The position numbers and the translations under genes are program-made. A stretch of DNA of 64,000 nucleotides from contig CAYGGZ010000001.1 in the NCBI GenBank assembly GCA_964349765.1, forward strand, positions 313,282 through 377,281, in the 5' to 3' direction. Position 1 is the first letter of the stretch. The number at the start of each line of letters is the position of its first letter. Below the pieces are notes generated by a model. That model had not been told where the DNA came from, made no database searches, and saw only the letters and a program-made list of their open reading frames with translations. The DNA comes from an uncultured Bacteroidales bacterium. GTDB taxonomy: Bacteria > Bacteroidota > Bacteroidia > Bacteroidales > JAAYJT01. This document shows positions 31,523 through 42,404 of this stretch, in pieces.

Positions 31523-33373
31523 ATGAGTAAAACCAAGAAAAAGCCAGCAATCAGGAAGGATGAGGTAGTGATTAAGTTTGCCGGGGATTCAGGCGACGGG
31601 ATGCAACTTACAGGAACTCTATTCTCTGATGCTACAGCTCTTGCAGGCTATGATTTAGCCACTTTCCCCGATTATCCCGCCGAAATCAGAGCGCCCCATA
31701 ATACTATTGCCGGCGTTTCAGGATTCCAGGTTCACTTCGGGCACAGCAAAATTCACACCTCAGGTGATATGTGTGATGTGCTGGTTGCCATGAATCCTGC
31801 CTCTTTGCGGTCGAATCTGAAATGGGCAAAGGATGGAGCTACAATCATCGTTGACAGCGACACGTTCGAAGAAAAAGCCATCGCAAAAGCCGGTTACACT
31901 TCGAATCCGCTCGACAACAACAGCTTAGAAAGATATAATCTCATAAAAGTTCCAATTTCCACATTAACGCGTGAATGCCTCAAAGAGCACGAAATCGGAA
32001 TAAAGATCGCAGAGAAAACCCGTAATATGTTTGCTTTGGGGATGCTGGTGTTTATGTTTAATTATGAGTTGAAAAACACCTTCCATATTTTGCAGGAGAA
32101 ATTCGGGAAAAAGCCTGAGTTGCTTAAAGCCAACAAGATTGTTCTTGAAACAGGTTATAATTTTGCCGACACGATTGAGGCTCTTGCAGCCAGGATTGAA
32201 GTAGTTCCTGCTCCATTGGAAAAAGGACGCTATCGCAATATTACGGGGAACGTGGCAACGGCATGGGGTTTTCTTGCTGCCGCCGAGCGATCGGGAAGAC
32301 CTTTGTTTCTGGGATCGTATCCAATAACCCCGGCTACAGAAATATTGATAGAACTGTCGTTGCATAAATCGTTAGGAGCGAAGGTTTTTCAAGCCGAGGA
32401 TGAAATTGCCGGTATTTGTTCAGCCATAGGAGCATCCTATTCTGGATCGCTGGCGATAACAACAACCTCGGGTCCCGGGTTATCGCTTAAAAGTGAGGCC
32501 ATTGGGCTTGCCGTCATGACTGAACTTCCTCTGGTGATTGTTAATGTTCAGCGCGGAGGCCCCTCAACAGGGCTACCAACAAAATCCGAGCAGTCAGATC
32601 TGCTTCAGGCGTTATTTGGCCGCAACGGCGAATGCCCGCTGATTGTAATTGCGGCATCCTCGCCAGCCAACTGTTTTCACTATGCATACATGTCGGCAAA
32701 ACTATCGATGGAACACATGACACCTGTGATTCTTCTCACCGATGGAAACCTTGGTAACGGATCACAACTGTTGCGAATTCCCAAAACATCCGACCTACCT
32801 CCGATTACTCCCCCAATCGCCAAACCTAACAGCGACTACAAACCATACCGACGAAATCCTGAAACACTGGCAAGGGAATGGGCGATTCCGGGAACTGAAG
32901 GACTCCGCCATAGAGTTGGAGGGCTTGAGAAGGAACATATAAAAGGAGTGGTTACCACCGACCCACTCAATCATGAATTAATGGTAAAGCTAAGGCAGCA
33001 AAAAGTCGATCTCGTTGCCAATTACATCCCCGAACAACAAGTAGTTGGCGCTGAAAGCGGTGAATTGCTCGTTGTAAGTTGGGGAAGCACCGAAGGTTCG
33101 ATGCTTAATACCGTACAGGAGTTACAGGCTGAGGGAAAAAGCATCAGTCTGGCTCATTTCCATTACATTATGCCGCTTCCTAAAAACACCGCCGAGGTAT
33201 TTGGTAGGTATAAAAAGATCGTGGTATGTGAGCAAAATATGGGGCAATTTGTCGCCTACCTGCGGATGCAACTGCCTCAGTTTAAATACTTGCAATTCAA
33301 TAAGGTTCAATGTTTGCCTTTCATGGTAAATGAATCGAAGGTTAAGTTCAATCAAATTCTGGAGGAGAAATGA
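31523..33373 (+). CDS. korA: 2-oxoglutarate/2-oxoacid:ferredoxin oxidoreductase subunit alpha
   Basis: ATG at 31523 (MSKTKKKPAI...), then FAGDSGDGMQLTG... and YPITPATEIL. It overlaps korB by 4 nt. Confidence 0.9.
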   Translation: MSKTKKKPAIRKDEVVIKFAGDSGDGMQLTGTLFSDATALAGYDLATFPDYPAEIRAPHNTIAGVSGFQVHFGHSKIHTSGDMCDVLVAMNPASLRSNLKWAKDGATIIVDSDTFEEKAIAKAGYTSNPLDNNSLERYNLIKVPISTLTRECLKEHEIGIKIAEKTRNMFALGMLVFMFNYELKNTFHILQEKFGKKPELLKANKIVLETGYNFADTIEALAARIEVVPAPLEKGRYRNITGNVATAWGFLAAAERSGRPLFLGSYPITPATEILIELSLHKSLGAKVFQAEDEIAGICSAIGASYSGSLAITTTSGPGLSLKSEAIGLAVMTELPLVIVNVQRGGPSTGLPTKSEQSDLLQALFGRNGECPLIVIAASSPANCFHYAYMSAKLSMEHMTPVILLTDGNLGNGSQLLRIPKTSDLPPITPPIAKPNSDYKPYRRNPETLAREWAIPGTEGLRHRVGGLEKEHIKGVVTTDPLNHELMVKLRQQKVDLVANYIPEQQVVGAESGELLVVSWGSTEGSMLNTVQELQAEGKSISLAHFHYIMPLPKNTAEVFGRYKKIVVCEQNMGQFVAYLRMQLPQFKYLQFNKVQCLPFMVNESKVKFNQILEEK

Positions 33374-34407
33374 AAACCGAAAATACAACCATTGAGCGGT
33401 CCTCAGTTGAACTGACAAAGGAGGATTTTGTCAGCGATCAGATGGTGAAATGGTGTCCCGGGTGCGGAGCATACCCGATTCTGGCTGCCGTAGCAAATGT
33501 GTTTCCAAAAATTGGGTATCGGAAAGAGAACTTCATGCTTGTTTCGGGCATTGGATGCTCTTCGAGGTTTCCTTATTATGTGAACACATACGGATTTCAC
33601 GGGATACATGGCAGGCCGGCTGCCATTGCATCTGGCATTAAGATTGCCAATCCGCATCTCAGTGTGTGGGTGGCTACCGGCGACGGCGATGCACTGGCAA
33701 TTGGCGGAAACCACTTCATTCACACCATTCGTCGTAATATTGATATCAATATTCTTTTGTTCAACAACGAGATCTATGGGCTTACAAAGGGTCAATATTC
33801 CCCTACTACACCAATGGGAGCGGTTACCAAAACATCTCCGCAAGGCACAATTGAGCACCCATTCAATCCCGGCGAACTGGTTATGGGAGCGCAGGGTACA
33901 TTTTTTGCCCGTGCTGTAGATACTAACCTTAAACTCCTCACCGATGTGATGTTTGAAGCAGCACGCCATGACGGTACTTCGGTAGTGGAAATATTGCAGA
34001 ATTGCATAATCTTCAACGATAAGGCGCATTCTAATATCACATCCAAGGAAACCCGCGATGAGTATCAGATTATCCTGAAAAACGGCGAGCCGATGATCTT
34101 CGGTAAAGAACGCAATAAAGGGATCAGGCTAAACAACACACTCCTCGAAGTGGTAACCATCGGAGAAAATGGGATAAAAGAAGAAGATGTTCTAATTCAC
34201 GATCAGTACGAAAAGGACCCTGGCATACATACAATGCTCGCCAAAATGAAGCCTCCACTCTTCCCTGTTGCAATGGGCGTGATCCGATCTGCTATGTACC
34301 CAACCTACGACGACCTGGTGGTTGCCCAGATTGAATATTACAAAGCCAACAGTCCTATCAAAAACGTTGACGACTTGCTCCTAAGCGGAGATACGTGGGA
34401 AATCTAA
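33370..34407 (+). CDS. korB: 2-oxoglutarate/2-oxoacid:ferredoxin oxidoreductase subunit beta
   Basis: WCPGCG..., ThDP-binding ATGDGDALAIGGNHFIH, NNEIYGLTKGQ. Confidence 0.9.
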   Translation: MKTENTTIERSSVELTKEDFVSDQMVKWCPGCGAYPILAAVANVFPKIGYRKENFMLVSGIGCSSRFPYYVNTYGFHGIHGRPAAIASGIKIANPHLSVWVATGDGDALAIGGNHFIHTIRRNIDINILLFNNEIYGLTKGQYSPTTPMGAVTKTSPQGTIEHPFNPGELVMGAQGTFFARAVDTNLKLLTDVMFEAARHDGTSVVEILQNCIIFNDKAHSNITSKETRDEYQIILKNGEPMIFGKERNKGIRLNNTLLEVVTIGENGIKEEDVLIHDQYEKDPGIHTMLAKMKPPLFPVAMGVIRSAMYPTYDDLVVAQIEYYKANSPIKNVDDLLLSGDTWEI

Positions 34408-34517
34408 CTCCACAGATCTGCTAAATTCCATTTCACAAAAAACTTTTTTATGACAGTTTTGTTGTTACAGCATAGCAACAAAACTTTACTTTTTGTTTAA
34501 CCATATAAATTAAAACC

Positions 34518-35147
34518 ATGTCGTTAGTTGGGAAAAAAGCTCCGCTATTTAAAGCACATGCCGTTATCAACGGCGAAGAAATTGTTGATGATTTCAGCCT
34601 GGATAAATACTTGGGGACAAAGTATGTAGTTTTCTTCTTTTATCCTAAGGATTTTACTTTTGTGTGTCCCACCGAGTTACATGCCTTTCAGGAACAACTT
34701 CCGGAGTTTGAAAAGCGTAACTGCGCTGTGGTAGCCTGCTCAACCGATACCGAGCAGTCGCACTGGGGCTGGTTGCAGGTTTCAAAAAGCGATGGCGGAA
34801 TTCAAGGCATTACCTATCCGGTAGTAGCCGATACCGACAAAACCATCAGTATGAATTTTGGTGTTCTGGCTGGCGATTATGAATGGGATGAAGAGGGAAA
34901 AATGGTTGCTACAGGGCCAATGATCGCCTACCGTGGATTGTTTCTGATTGATCGTGAAGGGGTAATACACCACGAGTTGATTAACAATTTTCCGTTAGGT
35001 CGCAATGTGGATGAAGCCTTGCGCATGCTCGATGCGCTCCGCTATTTCGAAGAAAAAGGCGAAGTGTGTCCTGCCAACTGGGAGCCTGGAAAAGAAGCTA
35101 TGAAGGCTACGCACGATGGCGTTGCCGGTTACCTTGCCAAAAACTGA
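34518..35147 (+). CDS. Typical 2-Cys peroxiredoxin (AhpC/Prx1 subfamily)
   Basis: Peroxidatic Cys in FYPKDFTFVCPTE. Resolving Cys in GEVCPANW. Confidence 0.9.
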   Translation: MSLVGKKAPLFKAHAVINGEEIVDDFSLDKYLGTKYVVFFFYPKDFTFVCPTELHAFQEQLPEFEKRNCAVVACSTDTEQSHWGWLQVSKSDGGIQGITYPVVADTDKTISMNFGVLAGDYEWDEEGKMVATGPMIAYRGLFLIDREGVIHHELINNFPLGRNVDEALRMLDALRYFEEKGEVCPANWEPGKEAMKATHDGVAGYLAKN

Positions 35148-35177
35148 CAGTAAAAGCCGGGATAATCAGTCAGAAGG

Positions 35178-36500
35178 CTAAAAGAGTCGCCGGATATCGT
35201 TTGCGTTCGCAAAGATTACTAAAGCAAGGAGCAGAAACATACCTATCATCTGCGCATACTCAAGAAATTTATCGCCTGGTTTTCTGCCCGAAATAATTTC
35301 GTAGAGCAAAAACATTACATGTCCGCCGTCGAGAGCGGGGATTGGCAGGATGTTGATAATTGCCAGCATGATGCTGAGGAATGCGGTAAGTTCCCAGAAA
35401 GCTTGCCAATTCCACGTTGCCGGAAAGATGCTTCCTATGGTAATAAATCCTCCAAGCGATTCGTAAGCCCTTGTTTGTGGGGAAAAAATAAGGCGTAGCT
35501 GTTTCAGGTAATTTACAACGCCCTCATAACCTCTTGTTATGCCGGCAGGAATGGCCTGGAGCAGTGTAAATTGCTTTTCTTTGAGTTGGAAATGTTCTTC
35601 CATGTCCTGAACCGGACGAACGCCTATCATTCCTTCGGCATTTATGGTTACCGGTATCTGTAGCGTGTCGTTGTTGCGGATTGTGGTTATTTCAACAGTT
35701 TCTCCGCGGCGTTGACTTACTTCGCTTCGAAACTGATCGAAAAAAGGCAGGTATTGACCGGAAACGCCTATGATCCTGTCGCCAGGTTGCAGTCCGGCTT
35801 GCTTCGCCGGTGAATCTTTCATTACTGATTCGATTTTGAATGGGGTTCGGATGCCGATGAAACCAGGAGTACGTTCCTGCAAAATTCGCGGAATGATATT
35901 GTCGGGCACCTGGATTACAACTTCTTCCCCTTCGCGCAGAACAGTGATTGTTTGTGCTTGTTCAAGCAGGATTAGAGATGGGATCTCAAAAAAATCCTCA
36001 GTCATTTTGTTGTTTACAGCAAGAATCATGTCGCCGTTGCGCAGCCCCATGCTATGACCCAGTGAGTCAACAGTGATGCCGTAGCGTACCTCTTCAGAAG
36101 GAAGATATTTATCGCCCCATACAGCCAACACTGAGATGTATATTACAAAAGCCAGGAGAATATTAACCGTTACTCCACCAACCATGATGATTAGCCTTTG
36201 CCAGGCAGGTTTGGATCGAAACTCATGTGGTTGCGGAGGCTTGCTGAGCTGCTCCTTATCGAGCGACTCATCTATCATTCCGGATATTTTAACGTAACCT
36301 CCCAACGGAATCCAACCCATCCCGTAAGTGGTCTCACCATATTTAAACTTAAATATCGAAAACCATGGGTTGAAAAACAGATAGAACCGTTCGACCCGTA
36401 CTCGAAAAATTCTGGCCGTTATATAATGTCCAAGCTCATGAACAATAACCAGGATGGCAAGACTAAGCAACAATTGCAGTACTCTGACAGCGATTTCCAT
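35178..36500 (-). CDS. rseP: RIP site-2 metalloprotease RseP
   Basis: HELGHY zinc motif in the first TM helix, central PDZ domains, NILPIPALDGG near the C-terminus. It lies downstream of dxr, as is common. Confidence 0.9.
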   Translation of the reverse strand: MEIAVRVLQLLLSLAILVIVHELGHYITARIFRVRVERFYLFFNPWFSIFKFKYGETTYGMGWIPLGGYVKISGMIDESLDKEQLSKPPQPHEFRSKPAWQRLIIMVGGVTVNILLAFVIYISVLAVWGDKYLPSEEVRYGITVDSLGHSMGLRNGDMILAVNNKMTEDFFEIPSLILLEQAQTITVLREGEEVVIQVPDNIIPRILQERTPGFIGIRTPFKIESVMKDSPAKQAGLQPGDRIIGVSGQYLPFFDQFRSEVSQRRGETVEITTIRNNDTLQIPVTINAEGMIGVRPVQDMEEHFQLKEKQFTLLQAIPAGITRGYEGVVNYLKQLRLIFSPQTRAYESLGGFITIGSIFPATWNWQAFWELTAFLSIMLAIINILPIPALDGGHVMFLLYEIISGRKPGDKFLEYAQMIGMFLLLALVIFANANDIRRLF

Positions 36501-36511
36501 TTGTAATATTA

Positions 36512-37666
36512 TTATCGGTTTAGGTATTCCAACGCTATGCGCCGGGTTTCATTATCGGTCGAAATATAATCGTCTAAAGTTGGATTGGCGATAAAATGAC
36601 CATTTTGCATACATTTCTCAATCAGCCGGCTCATTTCTGTGAAACCGATTTTATCATTAAGAAACGCATTTACTGCAATTTCATTGGCTGCATTGAGAAT
36701 GCAGGGCATATTACCGCCAGTTTCAAGCGCCTGATAGCAGAGAACAAGGCTGCGGAAAGCAATGGGATCAGGCTTTTCGAATGTGAGTGGGCTATTTTTG
36801 ATAAAATCGGTAACTGGATGACGCGATGGAAGCCGAAACGGGTATGATAAAGCATACTGAATGGGTAGTCGCATATCGGGTTGGCCGAGTTGGGCTTTTA
36901 CAGATCCATCTGCAAACAACACCATTGAATGTATGATTGATTGTGGATGAACCAACACTTCAATTTGAGCCGCGGAGAGATTGAACAACCAGTGGGCTTC
37001 AATCACTTCGAGACCTTTATTCATAAGGGTTGCCGAGTCAATTGTTATCTTGCAGCCCATGCTCCAGTTTGGATGTTTCAATGCCTGCTCTTTTGTAACA
37101 CGCTCGAGGTCTGCGGGTTGTAATCCCCGAAATGGTCCTCCGGAGGCAGTAAGATAAATTTTTTCAGGCTTATTGAATTGTTCGCCCACAAGGCATTGAA
37201 AAATGGCAGAATGTTCTGAATCAACAGGAAGTAATAACACATCTTTTGTTCTGAGCAGGCTGGTGATAAGATTGCCGGCTACAACGAGCGATTCTTTGTT
37301 GGCCAATGCGATATCCTTGCCAGCATTGATGGCAGCAACGGTAGGTTCCATTCCTGAAAATCCTACCAGAGCGTTGAGAATCATGTCAATTGAGTCGAGG
37401 GATGTGATCTGTGTCAATGATTCTTTGCCGGCAAACACTTTGATGCCGCGCGGTATTAAGGCATCGCACACTGATTTATATAGATTATCATTGCCAATTA
37501 CAACGGCATTTGGGTTGAACTCTAAAGCCTGTTCGATTAGCAATTGGGCATTTGAATGCGCTGTTAGTACCTCAGCTTCGAATAAACCGGAATGTGCTCT
37601 GATCACCTCTAACGCCTGAGTTCCTATCGAGCCGGTTGAACCGAGAATGGCAATCCGTTTTTTCAT
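36512..37666 (-). CDS. dxr: 1-deoxy-D-xylulose 5-phosphate reductoisomerase
   Basis: NADPH-binding GSTGSIGTQAL, LANKESLV, PVDSEHSAIFQC. Confidence 0.95.
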   Translation of the reverse strand: MKKRIAILGSTGSIGTQALEVIRAHSGLFEAEVLTAHSNAQLLIEQALEFNPNAVVIGNDNLYKSVCDALIPRGIKVFAGKESLTQITSLDSIDMILNALVGFSGMEPTVAAINAGKDIALANKESLVVAGNLITSLLRTKDVLLLPVDSEHSAIFQCLVGEQFNKPEKIYLTASGGPFRGLQPADLERVTKEQALKHPNWSMGCKITIDSATLMNKGLEVIEAHWLFNLSAAQIEVLVHPQSIIHSMVLFADGSVKAQLGQPDMRLPIQYALSYPFRLPSRHPVTDFIKNSPLTFEKPDPIAFRSLVLCYQALETGGNMPCILNAANEIAVNAFLNDKIGFTEMSRLIEKCMQNGHFIANPTLDDYISTDNETRRIALEYLNR

Positions 37667-37670
37667 TGGA

Positions 37671-38561
37671 TCAGAATGTCATATAATCCTTGGGGTTCAC
37701 TGGATTTCCGTTGAACCATAACTCGAAGTGAAGATGCGGGCCGGTAGTAAGCTCTCCGGTTTTACCAATAATTGCAATAGGTTCACCAGCTCTAACAAAG
37801 GCTCCTTCCTGTTTGAGCAATACCGAATTATGTTTGTAGATTGAGATGTAATTTCCCTGGTGTTGCAATGCTATCACGTAGCCAGTGTCAATAGTCCAGT
37901 TTGCAAGTATAACTACACCATCGAGGGTTGCTTTAATAGCTTCATTATCCCTGGCAACGATGTCAATTCCAAAATGTCGTTCTGCAGGATTGAACGGACT
38001 GGTAATGATGCCTTTAAGAGGTGCAAAAAATGTGATGTTTTCAGAACCGCTTCGTCGGGGGAGACGATCGTCAACACCGCCATGTGTAAATTGCCGAAGA
38101 CCAGCTTCAATCTCCAAACGCAACAGTGAATCGGCTTTCCTACGCTCTTGTACTCCGGTGAAGTCACGATGCGTTAAAGTGTCGCGTTCAATGCGGTGAA
38201 ACTCTTCAGGCAGTTCGCCCAACATTAACCTTCTTAGATTCGACAGATAACGATCGTTCGACCGAATGACTTGCTCAAGACTGTCGGTTAGAAGAGTAAG
38301 CTCATAAACTCTTTTTCCAAGACCTACATCGGTGTAACCAGGAATGTATTCCCTTAAAGGAGTGAAAGCGATTATAAATATTGTGAGAATAACAAGTAGA
38401 ATGGAGATTGAGCCTGTAAGCACAAAAACATTAAGCCGTGAAAGACGAAAGGATATTTTCTCAGCAAGAGTTTCATCGTCCCTGATTACAAGGCGATACT
38501 TTACACGCAATCGTTGAACCCAGTGCTTTTTTCCCTGTTTTTCGCGGGGAGTAATATCCAT
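37671..38561 (-). CDS. M23 family metallopeptidase (membrane anchored)
   Basis: N-terminal TM helix. LytM-type motifs HFGIDI ... and GPHLHFELW. Confidence 0.85.
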   Translation of the reverse strand: MDITPREKQGKKHWVQRLRVKYRLVIRDDETLAEKISFRLSRLNVFVLTGSISILLVILTIFIIAFTPLREYIPGYTDVGLGKRVYELTLLTDSLEQVIRSNDRYLSNLRRLMLGELPEEFHRIERDTLTHRDFTGVQERRKADSLLRLEIEAGLRQFTHGGVDDRLPRRSGSENITFFAPLKGIITSPFNPAERHFGIDIVARDNEAIKATLDGVVILANWTIDTGYVIALQHQGNYISIYKHNSVLLKQEGAFVRAGEPIAIIGKTGELTTGPHLHFELWFNGNPVNPKDYMTF

Positions 38562-38771
38562 ATTTTTAACTATTTATTAAGCTCCTGCAAGTCGGTTGCA
38601 AATATCGGTATTTTTTAGTTCACAGGGCGCTGTTGACCAGATACCTGAGGCATAGGAGCGAAATTCGCAGCAGTACCCACCTGAAAAGTTCCCATTGTCC
38701 TTTTCCCCTAAAACTCAGGGGTGGAAGTGTTCATGAAAATAAAATATTTTTGCACTCACTGAGTTATTAGA

Positions 38772-41501
38772 ATGCGATACACCTGCACATCAGCGTTATA
38801 CTTTAATAATTTTGCCGCAACTTTGACTAAGCGAATAAACGTATATCCTTATATCTCAGCAGTTTTACTGTTTACTGTGCTATTTTTCGCTGGCTGCTCA
38901 ACGAAAAAAGACACATTTACACGACGGTTTTACCATAACCTTACTGCTCACTATAACACCTACTGGAATGGATATGAGAGCTTTAACGAAGGATTGCGGC
39001 AGCTTGAAGCGGATCGCAGTGATAACTTTACTGAGCTGTTAAAGGTTGAAGACTATGGCACACTTCAACAAGTGCAAGCTATAAATTCTCATTTAGACCG
39101 CGCAACTGAAAAAGCGGCAAAGGTCATTCGCCGACATTCTATGTTTTTCGGACGCAGAGAGCGGGTTAGAAGAGTTCCCGACAGTTACATGCTCATCGGC
39201 AAGGTGAATTTCTACAAGCAAGATTACTACAGCGCACGACAGATTTTTGAATTTGTTATTTCAAGATTCGAAAAAAGCGAAGTTCGCTACTCCAGCCAAC
39301 TCTGGTTAGCCCGAACACATATACAATTGCAGGAATATGAGGTTGCTGTTAACATTTTGAACACTTTACAAAATGAAGCCGCAGCAGGAACACTTCCCAG
39401 GCAGGTAGTTGAGTATGTACCAGTTGTATTTGCCCATCATTTTGTTTCACAGCAAAATCTGCAGGCGGCAAAACCACACCTTAAAAGAGCAACTGAAACA
39501 AGCAACCGGAGGCTAAGGGCCCGTATGAATTTCATCCTTGCACAAATTTACCAGAGCGAAGGAAACCATTCTCTTGCAACCGAGCATTTTCGTAAAGTGA
39601 TTGACGACAGACCCTCATTCGAGATGGACTTCAATGCTAAAATAAACATAGCGCAGTCATTCGATTTGCAGCATGAGAATAGTGAAGAGTATATTCAGTC
39701 GCTTAACCGGCTTCTGCGCGACAGCAAATACCGTGAGTTTAATGACCAGATATACTTTGCGCTGGCCACTATTGCTTTGCGCGAAAACAATGATACGCTG
39801 GCAATCCGCTACTTGCAACAATCTGTAGCCGTGAGTGAAGGTAACGACTTTCAGAAAATACAGTCGGCACGCAAACTTGCCGGCCTCTATTTTTCAATCC
39901 CTGATTTTGTGAAAGCCTACAACTACTATGATACGTTGATGCAGATTCTACCGCTTGATCATCCCGATTATGAAACTCTTGAGCATAAAACTGATGTTCT
40001 TCAGGATATTGCTGAGCAAATAATAATAATTCAACATGAGGACAGCCTCCAGATGGTCGCGCGAATGCCTGTATCAGAGCGCAATGCACTAATCGAAAGA
40101 ATAATAGAAGCACAAAAGGCAGAGATTGAACAGCAAGAACTGGAGGCCCGCCAGGAAAAAGAAGCAGGAACAGCATCGCACATGATACAACCGGGAGGTG
40201 GAGAGCGAGGAATGCCAACACCAGGTCGCGGCTCTACACCTGGCGCTGGAGACCCAACTGCCAGTGCAGCATGGTATTTCTACAACCCCCAGGCATTAAG
40301 TTTTGGATTCACAGAATTTACTAAGCGATGGGGACGTCGCAAATTAGCCGACAACTGGCGTCTTAGCGACAAGCGAACCTATTCCTGGGATATCGACCAG
40401 GAAAAGCAGGAAACTCTCCCTGGTGATACAATCGCAATGACAGAGAAAGAATCCAATGAAGCCGATCCTCTTGGCCATGAAACATACCTGCAGAACCTCC
40501 CGCTTACACCGGAGTTGCTGGCGAGTTCAAACTATCGTATTGCAAGCGCAAAGTTTATGCTGGGCACTTTACTTCGCGAGGGTTTAACTGATTACCAAAG
40601 GGCTGCGGAAACATTTGAACAATACAGGCAACGATTTCCAGGATATAACGACGAACTCGATGTTCTGTTTAATCTTTACGGTCTTCACACCATGATGCAG
40701 CAGCTAGGGAAAGCTGCATTTTACAAAGATCAGGTTATCAGTAAATATCCCGAATCGGAGTATGCAAAAATGTTGAATAATCCCGCCTACTTCGATGAAT
40801 TACAGGCACGGAAGGCAAGAGTAAACGCCCTGTATCAGGATGCTTTTCATGCGCTGCATAACGGGATGCACCGCATCGTACCTATCTATGCAGCCGAAGC
40901 TTTTTCCTCTTTTCCCGACTCCGAACTGCTCCCGAAGTTTGCGTACCTTAATGCTTTGGCAGTCGGACAAATTTATAATCAGGATTCCTTGGTCAATGGG
41001 CTTAAACAACTTATTTCCAAATTTCCCTCGAGCGACGTGGTACCTCTTGCACAAGGTTTACTTACATTTCTGAACATCGATGGCTTTGAAGATGAATCAG
41101 TGGCCACGGAACTGCAAGCAGAAGAAACTTCTATATACAGTCTGAATAACGATGCAAGCCACCTGTTTGTGCTAATTGTTAATCACAGAATAGCAAACAT
41201 TGATGCAATCAGAATACGTATTTCCGATTTTAACATGCGAAATCACAGGGCCGATAACTTAAGCATAAACTCTGTGCTTATCGACAGAGACCATCAGATG
41301 ATTACCGTTGGCAACTTCACTGGAAAAGTTCCTGCTATGGTCTATTTTAATGCCATCACCGCAAGCGATTATGTATATGCGCCGATTCGAGATATTGAGT
41401 CATGGTCGTTTGTGATCACAACTGAAAATTACCCCATTCTTTACAGAGACAAGGACATTACAGAGTACATGCGTTTTTTTGCGCGTCATTACAAGGAGTA
41501 A
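38772..41501 (+). CDS. TPR-repeat lipoprotein, probable T9SS component PorW/SprE
   Basis: Lipobox FFAGC followed by STKKDTFTRRFYHNLTAHYNTYWNG. From memory of the family, this matches the conserved N-terminus of SprE/PorW. About 900 aa with TPR-like helical repeats. No search was run to verify this. Confidence 0.6.
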   Translation: MRYTCTSALYFNNFAATLTKRINVYPYISAVLLFTVLFFAGCSTKKDTFTRRFYHNLTAHYNTYWNGYESFNEGLRQLEADRSDNFTELLKVEDYGTLQQVQAINSHLDRATEKAAKVIRRHSMFFGRRERVRRVPDSYMLIGKVNFYKQDYYSARQIFEFVISRFEKSEVRYSSQLWLARTHIQLQEYEVAVNILNTLQNEAAAGTLPRQVVEYVPVVFAHHFVSQQNLQAAKPHLKRATETSNRRLRARMNFILAQIYQSEGNHSLATEHFRKVIDDRPSFEMDFNAKINIAQSFDLQHENSEEYIQSLNRLLRDSKYREFNDQIYFALATIALRENNDTLAIRYLQQSVAVSEGNDFQKIQSARKLAGLYFSIPDFVKAYNYYDTLMQILPLDHPDYETLEHKTDVLQDIAEQIIIIQHEDSLQMVARMPVSERNALIERIIEAQKAEIEQQELEARQEKEAGTASHMIQPGGGERGMPTPGRGSTPGAGDPTASAAWYFYNPQALSFGFTEFTKRWGRRKLADNWRLSDKRTYSWDIDQEKQETLPGDTIAMTEKESNEADPLGHETYLQNLPLTPELLASSNYRIASAKFMLGTLLREGLTDYQRAAETFEQYRQRFPGYNDELDVLFNLYGLHTMMQQLGKAAFYKDQVISKYPESEYAKMLNNPAYFDELQARKARVNALYQDAFHALHNGMHRIVPIYAAEAFSSFPDSELLPKFAYLNALAVGQIYNQDSLVNGLKQLISKFPSSDVVPLAQGLLTFLNIDGFEDESVATELQAEETSIYSLNNDASHLFVLIVNHRIANIDAIRIRISDFNMRNHRADNLSINSVLIDRDHQMITVGNFTGKVPAMVYFNAITASDYVYAPIRDIESWSFVITTENYPILYRDKDITEYMRFFARHYKE

Positions 41502-41581
41502 CCTGATTTTTTCAGAAAAACAACCTGAGGAATAAATCAGCTATATTTGCAGTAATATTAACACCTAATGTTATATCTATT

Positions 41582-41947
41582 ATGGCAAAAAAGGACTCTG
41601 TAGAAGTAGCAACAGTGAACCTGATTGGGAAAGGAACTGTCATCAAAGGCGATATTGTATCGAACGGCGATCTTCGCATTGATGGAAACGTAAGCGGTTC
41701 TATCCAATCGACGGGAAAAGTAGTAGTAGGCCAGACAGGGATAGTTGAAGGTGAGATAACCTGTCAAAACGCAGAACTCGAAGGCGAAATAAAGGCAATA
41801 ATCGCAGTAAAGGGGCTACTGAACCTTAAACAAACAGCCCGGTTCACCGGCGATATCACAACTGTCAAACTTGCGGTTGAACCTGGCGCACTTTTTACCG
41901 GAACATGCAAGATGGAACGGAGTATAGCAGAAGTGAAACCCACATAA
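41582..41947 (+). CDS. Bactofilin family polymer-forming cytoskeletal protein
   Basis: Beta-helical repeat pattern GTVIKGDIVSNGDLRIDGNVSGSIQSTGKVVVGQTGIVEGEI...FTGDITTVKLAVEPGALFTG. Confidence 0.8.
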   Translation: MAKKDSVEVATVNLIGKGTVIKGDIVSNGDLRIDGNVSGSIQSTGKVVVGQTGIVEGEITCQNAELEGEIKAIIAVKGLLNLKQTARFTGDITTVKLAVEPGALFTGTCKMERSIAEVKPT

Positions 41948-41980
41948 CAGGAAACATAGAATCAACATTACCTCTGGCGC

Positions 41981-42397
41981 ATGGTTTATATCACACGGCG
42001 CGAACATTTTAACGCAGCTCACCGTTTATATAGCGAAGATTTTACCGACGAGCAAAATCTGAGAGTTTTTGGGAAGTGTTCCAATCCTCAATGGCATGGG
42101 CATAATTACGTACTGTTTATTACAGTTAAAGGGGAAGTGAATCCAGATACAGGTTTTGTTGTAAATCTGAAAAACCTCAGCAACCTCATTCGGGAATTAG
42201 TGATCGAACCGCTCGACCACCGAAACATCAATACCCAGGTTCCATTCATGAAAGGAAAACTTGCCTCAACAGAAAATCTTGCAATAGCAATCTGGCAACA
42301 ACTCGAAACACCTGTAGAGCTTATGGGCGGAACGCTACACTGTGTGAAACTTTATGAAACTGAAAATAACTACGTTGAATATTACGGAAATACCTGA
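41981..42397 (+). CDS. 6-pyruvoyl-tetrahydropterin synthase (eukaryote-like PTPS)
   Basis: FGKCSNPQWHGHNYVLFITVKGEVNPDTGFVVNLKNL...PLDHRNIN...STENLAIAIW...KLYETENNYVEY is collinear with recalled human PTPS motifs (GKCNNPNGHGHNY..., PLDHKNLD, VYETDNN). Confidence 0.9.
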   Translation: MVYITRREHFNAAHRLYSEDFTDEQNLRVFGKCSNPQWHGHNYVLFITVKGEVNPDTGFVVNLKNLSNLIRELVIEPLDHRNINTQVPFMKGKLASTENLAIAIWQQLETPVELMGGTLHCVKLYETENNYVEYYGNT

Positions 42398-42404
42398 TTA
42401 ACCT

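Noticed and set aside
33403-34029. Long antisense ORFs inside well-supported genes. Examples are 33403-34029 in korB, 7818-8429 in pepP, 24291-24875 in gldN, 20755-21234 in gldK, 39769-40221 in porW-like and 52453-52899 in the TonB receptor.
   Set aside because: They lie fully within, and opposite to, genes with strong motif support. They have low-complexity or Cys/Arg-rich composition typical of shadow frames and no motifs.
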